From contig JAHRHZ010000020.1 of the NCBI GenBank assembly GCA_024137785.1, positions 51,732,234 to 51,796,233 on the forward strand: DNA of 64,000 nucleotides, given 5' to 3'. Below are positions 62,701 through 64,000 of this stretch, in pieces (within the stretch, counting starts at the first letter, position 1; each line of letters begins with the position of its first letter). The position numbers and the translations under genes are program-made. This DNA is from Ginglymostoma cirratum. Lineage: Eukaryota. The notes beneath the pieces were generated by a model. That model ran no database searches. It was given only the letters and a program-made list of their open reading frames with translations, and was not told the origin of the DNA.

Positions 62701-63647
62701 TTGCAACTAATTATGCAGACATACATTATTTGAAAGGTTGTCCAGAACCTTCCAAGCCTAAGCAATATAGATGTAAGCAGCCAGGATCAGGCAAGGAGTT
62801 GAGAGGGGGATGGGTAGTTTGGTCTGGAGGGAACTCAAAAAAAACATGATTTATCTTGTTTTGGGACAGTAATCTCCAGAAGTAAACTCCCATACATGGA
62901 GTACACGACCAGGCGTTGTATTTCCTCAATATAGCCAGCTTCCGTTATCCAGAAAGGTTAAACTGGGGGCTCGCCATTGCAGTGGCCTATTTTGCCTATA
63001 GAGCACAGGCTGACAGAGGGACACCAACATGTTTAGAGTCAGCGGCACTTCCATTGTGAAGCAGCAGCCTGAGACACTAGACTCCCCAACCTTCTGCTGT
63101 AACAAAGCCAACTTGCTGTCCACAGTGAACGGCTGCACTTTACAGAGTTACCAACTTTGTTAAAATGTGTTCTGTAATCCACACAGCTTCTCAAATAGAA
63201 GCAAGCCTTTGTGAGCGCCTCTGCAAAACTATTCCAATAAAGATAACCATGTTTTTAAAACAAAGAGCAGCAAATGAATTGGAGGATGACATGGCTGGAT
63301 GAAAAAAAGCTGATAATTCTCTTGTCTGATTAGCACCAGCATCTTTCCATGCCTGGGTGGTAAGAGATTCAACTAAGGCATGTAAATATTAGCCCTATCT
63401 CCAAACAAGGCACGGGAAGGCAACTGTTCAAAGCTGGAATGTGAAATAGAATAAACTTAAATGCAATGAGAGCAAGGAACAATTATTTCATTTTTTTACA
63501 GCCTTAAAAGGGAGTACCTGAAAAGAAACGAACCACAAACACCCATCATTATTCTGCAATTCAACTGGGTAAGCAAGGACATTTCTGTGCATAGTTTGTA
63601 AGATATTGTGAGATTAACTCCGTGATCTACTGACTGAATATGTGATC

Positions 63648-64000
63648 CATAGAATAGAATGATCGAATCCCTGCAGCATGGAAGCAGGCCATTCAGCCTA
63701 TCGAGTCCACACTGCCCCTCCAAAAAACATCCCACCAAGACCCACCCCATTCCCTGGAACCCTCTTTTACCCATGGCTAATCGAACTAGCCTGCACATCC
63801 CTGAACACTATAGGCAATTTAGCATAGCCAATCCACCTAACCTGCATATCTTTGGACTGTGGAAGGAAACTGGATCACCTGGAGGAAACCCACACAGACA
63901 CAGGGAGAATGTACAAACTCTGCACAGACAGTCGCCCGAGGGTGAATTTGAACCCACTGGCATTGTGAGGCAGCAGCGCTAACCACTGAGCCACCGTGCC
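63648..64000 (-). mobile_element. HE1-like V-SINE running to the window edge
   Basis: Same family; ends ...aaccactgagccaccgtgcc. Confidence 0.88.

Overview
Repeat-rich vertebrate genomic DNA. The HE1/V-SINE-like SINEs, Deu-type SINEs, CR1 LINEs and Penelope remnants point to a cartilaginous fish, probably a shark (inferred). The only clear host gene is on the minus strand: the first three coding exons of a RING + TRAF-type Zn finger + PDZ E3 ligase of the PDZRN3/PDZRN4 family (41180-40461, 36224-36135, 14791-14684; GT-AG introns, all phase 0). The PDZ residues favour PDZRN4. The gene continues past the left edge of the window. The most striking non-genic signal is a family of about 14 short (about 90-230 bp) elements related to the 3' end of a decayed Penelope-like element at ~1412-3145. 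Many carry a minimal hammerhead-ribozyme-like core (CUGANGA-A-stem II-GAAACGUH). Five copies have 12-16 bp target-site duplications and some are head-to-head palindromes. Exon, TSD and motif coordinates were read base by base; other repeat boundaries are approximate. Repeat family names come from motif recognition, not database searches.
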